Below, in pieces: positions 9,121 to 12,063 of a stretch of DNA of 12,063 nt. How positions within the stretch are numbered: position 1 is the first letter of the stretch; each line of letters starts with the position of its first letter. This stretch comes from Octopus sinensis (lineage: Eukaryota). The stretch covers positions 1-12,063 of the forward strand of contig NW_021826752.1 in NCBI RefSeq assembly GCF_006345805.1. Direction: 5' to 3'. Under the pieces are notes generated by a model. The model did no database searches and was not told where the DNA came from. It saw only the letters and a list, made by a program, of their open reading frames with translations. The translations under genes were made by a program, and so were the position numbers.

Positions 9121-9580
9121 TCTTGGTTTTAATACTGCATCCGTCAATAATAAATACTTTTAACATGAGTAGTATTCACGAACCTGTGCAACGGCATTCA
9201 ATGAAATGGTAACCAGATCAAAGTCAACATCCGAACGGCTACTGAAAAAACACACATTAATTCTAAACAATTAAAGCCAATTAACTGAAATTAATTAAAA
9301 CCAACCACTTCTCATACGAAGAGGAATCTTTGAAGAAGCCTCTTGAACCCATCTGCCGCTTAGCTTTATCTCATTGAAAAATCCGATCAATGACTCCACT
9401 GTTGATTCTAAATGCTGTGTTTTTTTATACAAACGTTTAAGTGAATGAAAACTATTTACAAAAGATATTGCCAATTGCAGAAACTTCTAAAAACATTTCG
9501 TGCATTCAGCCAAGGTACAAACATGGGTATGGAACTGTAAAACTAGACATATGTGCTAAAGCTACTATAAGAAGTAGAAT

Positions 9581-9963
9581 GGAAGCACTCCGTCGGTTAC
9601 GACGATGAGAGTTCCGGTTGATCCGAATCAACGGAACAGCCTGCTCGTGAAATTAACGTGTAAGTGGCTGAGCACTCCACAGACACGTGTACCCTTAACG
9701 TAGTTCTCGGGGATATTCAGCGTGACACAGAGAGTGACAAGGCCGCCCTTTGAAACAGGTACAACAGAAAAGGAAGTAAGAGTGAGAGAAAGTTGTGGTG
9801 AAAGAGTACAGCAGGGATCACCACCATCCCCTGCCGGAGCCTCGTGAAGCTTTTTTAGGTGTTTTCGCTCAATAAACACTCACAACGCCCGGTCTGGGAA
9901 TCGAAACCGCGATCCTATGACCGCGAGTCCGCTGCCCTAACCACTGGGCCATTGCGCCTCCAC
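9581..9963 (-). mobile_element. Full-length tRNA-derived SINE type C
   Basis: Minus-strand head GGAGGCGCAATGGCCCAGTGGTTAGGGCAGCGGACTCGCGGTCATAGGATCGCGGTTTCGATTCCC has A box TGGCCCAGTGG and B box GGTTTCGATTCC; probable TSD AGAAGTA at 9570-9576 and 9964-9970. Confidence 0.92.
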
Positions 9964-10159
9964 AGAAGTATAGTAATTAACAAAGAAGTATAGCAGTTTA
10001 CTAAAAATTGGAAAATTAAGTTAAACACCAAAATTAAAGAATTACACCAGAACCAGCGATAGGTTCATAGCGGGAGTAGATAAGATTGGTCAGGTACGTC
10101 ACACAGAAATAAAGAGAAATCTAGACAGGGGTGCTATGAAAGAGTGAGACTAATATTGG

Positions 10160-10366
10160 CTTCAAATTTTAGCACAAGGCCGGAAATTTCGAAATGGTTT
10201 AGTCGATTACATCTAAACCAATGCTCAACTGGTACTTACTTTATCGACCCCGGAAGGATGAAAGGTAAAGTCGACTTCAGCAGATTTTGAACTCAAAACG
10301 TAAAGACGGACGAAATGCCACTAAGCATTTTGTTCGGCATGCTAACGATTCAGCTATCTCGCTTCC
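10160..10366 (-). mobile_element. SINE type B, full length, flanked by a 20-bp direct repeat
   Basis: Tail, core and head present; AAGAGTGAGACTAATATTGG (10140-10159) versus AAGAGTGAAGCTAATATTGG (10369-10388), 18/20 identical. Confidence 0.88.
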
Positions 10367-10388
10367 TTAAGAGTGAAGCTAATATTGG

Positions 10389-10478
10389 TTTCAAATTTTG
10401 ACACAGTGCCAGCAGTTTCAAAGGGTGGCGGTAAGTCGATTGCATCGAGTCCGGTACTTTATGGGTACGTATTTTATT
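10389..10478 (-). mobile_element. SINE type B, 5'-truncated
   Basis: TTTCAAATTTTGACACAGTGCCAGCAG...TAAGTCGATTGCATCGA...GGTACGTATTTTATT; stops inside the core. Confidence 0.78.
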
Positions 10479-11060
10479 GATATTGATACATTTGTCACCC
10501 GAGTCATAAGCTATACCTTTAACATATGTTTGAAGTTGAGTGAATGGAAAATCTTAGACACTATCTCAAAATTTAAATAAAGATAGAATATAATTCTCCA
10601 GTACACAAAGGCGATAGAGCTTGAGGTAAATTGGGAGTTAATGAGAAGTAACAACAATAGACCTAAAAGATACTTAGAAATATGCAAAGAAAAGCTACTT
10701 TCGTTCATAAAGGTATTTCAAGAAATCAAAAACAATTTTCTCTCAATTGAGAAAAGTTATTTGCTCATATTCCCTTTTATATAACAGGAAATAATAAAGT
10801 ACAAACTGAAAACTAAATCTGATAAGAATAAAACAACAAAAAATGTTTAAAAGAAGGGAAAATCAAAATAGAATTCTTTATAACAAAAAAGAAAAAAATA
10901 AGAAGAAAACCACGAGAAGATCAATATTCCGCAAAATTTGAAAAAACGTAAGTGGAAAGGCAAGGAGAACTCAGAAGATCTAAGCTAAACAGGTCTGATT
11001 TTTAGCTCCGCTGATCAAATAACCCGTCACAAATAATTACAAAATTACAAAATATAATGA

Positions 11061-11270
11061 GTTCAGATTTTGGAATAAGGCTAGCAATTTGGGGGCAGTC
11101 GGCAAAGTCGATAATATTGACCCAAGTATTCAACTGGTTCTTATTTCATCGATCCTTAAAGATGAAAAGCAAACTCGACCTCGACAGATTTTCAACACAG
11201 GACGTGATGACGAACGAAATGCCGCTAAGCATTTCACCCGGTGTGCTAATGATTCTACCGGCTTGCCTCC
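11061..11270 (-). mobile_element. SINE type B, diverged full-length copy
   Basis: Tail, core and head recognisable; ATAATGA repeated at 11054-11060 and 11286-11292 (remnant TSD). Confidence 0.85.
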
Positions 11271-11570
11271 TTATTTCAAACTATGATAATGAAATAAAAC
11301 TAACACGGCTCTACAACCAATGCATTGATACGGTTGACCACAACGTTTCTGGCTGCCCACTCTCTGCTATGTCCGAGTATATCCATCCAGGCAATCAGTC
11401 AAGTTGGCAGCAATGATCACTGAGTAAAATGTTGACAATTCAATTTGAAAACAGATAAGCACTGGTGTATATAATAGGCGAGGATCATTGTTGGCAATAT
11501 GACCACAAAAACTTAAGACATGCCTGTCCAGACAAACAAAGAGATCAAGACAGCCCGTCCGGATATAATA

Positions 11571-12063
11571 ACACTGATCAACAAGTATTTTTCAACAAGC
11601 ATGTGTCAAGGGGTACTTAGTGTAGTTTTTAATGCTGATTTCAAATATACAATTAGTTTTTTGACACCACGTACAATTTTCAAGATGAGAATGTGTTTTT
11701 TTTTTAGTTTTATCTCATGCATTATATAGTCAATTAATGACGTGTATACATGTATTTCATTTTCATCATCAAAACACACCTTTAAAATAAACTACATTAT
11801 TCGTTGCTGCATAGTTCAGATTCAATATTTCATCATCTTAAATTAACCAATTAAGTTTTGTCGGATGAAATAGGTATTTCAACATCTCAAATTGTCCAGT
11901 CATTATTGGTCTGATGAAATGTTTCTTCTCAAATTCAGCATAAGTATAACCGTGTGTATCGTTTTTCCTTACTTGTTTTACAGAATTAACAATGTCAAGA
12001 CAGTGTAGAAATCGTTCTGATGTGTTTTTTCATGTCTGTGGACAATTTATTGTGAAAGCTCGA
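11571..12063 (+). mobile_element. Left end of a probable DNA transposon (Tc1/mariner superfamily, m44-like)
   Basis: Dong homology stops abruptly at TA (11569-11570), followed by ACACTGATCAACAA and the subterminal-like ATGCTGATTTCAAATATACAATTAGTTTTT; a transposase-like N-terminus follows at 11992. The right end lies outside the window. Confidence 0.55.
11992..12063 (+). CDS. N-terminus of a putative (probably defective) transposase, running off the window
   Basis: MSRQCRNRSDVFFHVCGQFIVKAR resembles the recalled C-x-N-x-P-D-x-F-C-Y-I-C-G N-terminal motif of invertebrate transposases, with one Cys replaced; preceded by a polypyrimidine tract and CAG acceptor at 11962-11983. Confidence 0.55.
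   Translation, partial: MSRQCRNRSDVFFHVCGQFIVKAR

Larger units (their letters stand above)
9305..11570 (+). pseudogene. Long decayed R4/Dong-like retrotransposon, fragment 5 (RT, thumb, linker, zinc knuckle, start of RLE), interrupted by four SINEs
   Basis: Collinear motifs, with canonical forms in brackets: IRRGIFEEAS 9314-9343 [RGIFQGDS]; FYTN..KLFTKD 9423-9466 [YMDDLKLY]; QLQKLLKTFRAFS; GME..LDICAKATIR to ~9572 [GMEFGLDKCA]; NTKIKEL 10024; CYERVRLIL 10132-10158; VISYTFNI 10503; DRI..GDR 10582-10618 [DRLY..GGRGL]; KPREDQY 10907 [KPLHGQY]; GLI..DQ..TNNYK 10992-11043; RLYNQCIDTVDHNVSGCP 11306; DMPVQTNKEIKTARPDII 11517-11570. Confidence 0.85.

Noticed and set aside
9890-9963. tRNA gene
   Set aside because: A and B boxes are present but there is no proper acceptor stem, and it continues into a ~300-bp body repeated at 2932-3290; it is a SINE head.

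Overview
AT-rich, microsatellite-dense eukaryotic DNA made almost entirely of nested transposable-element remains. No intact host gene or convincing host coding exon was found. The SINE families look like those of coleoid cephalopods, probably Octopus (inference from recognition, not a search). Contents: (i) five fragments of R4/Dong-like non-LTR retrotransposons with a restriction-like endonuclease (RLE). Two young ones sit head-to-tail in (TAA)n tracts, two old ones form a second pair, and one ~2.3 kb decayed copy runs from the RT to the RLE and is split by four SINE insertions. (ii) About a dozen tRNA-derived SINE copies or fragments of three types. (iii) A ~95-bp-arm foldback/MITE split by a SINE. 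(iv) The left end and transposase start of a probable Tc1/mariner-superfamily DNA transposon. (v) A decayed ~42-bp minisatellite. (vi) A minus-strand minimal type I hammerhead ribozyme motif of the Penelope-associated, dimer-dependent kind at ~1983-2040, the most notable element not explained by the ORF track. All alignments and translations were done by eye.
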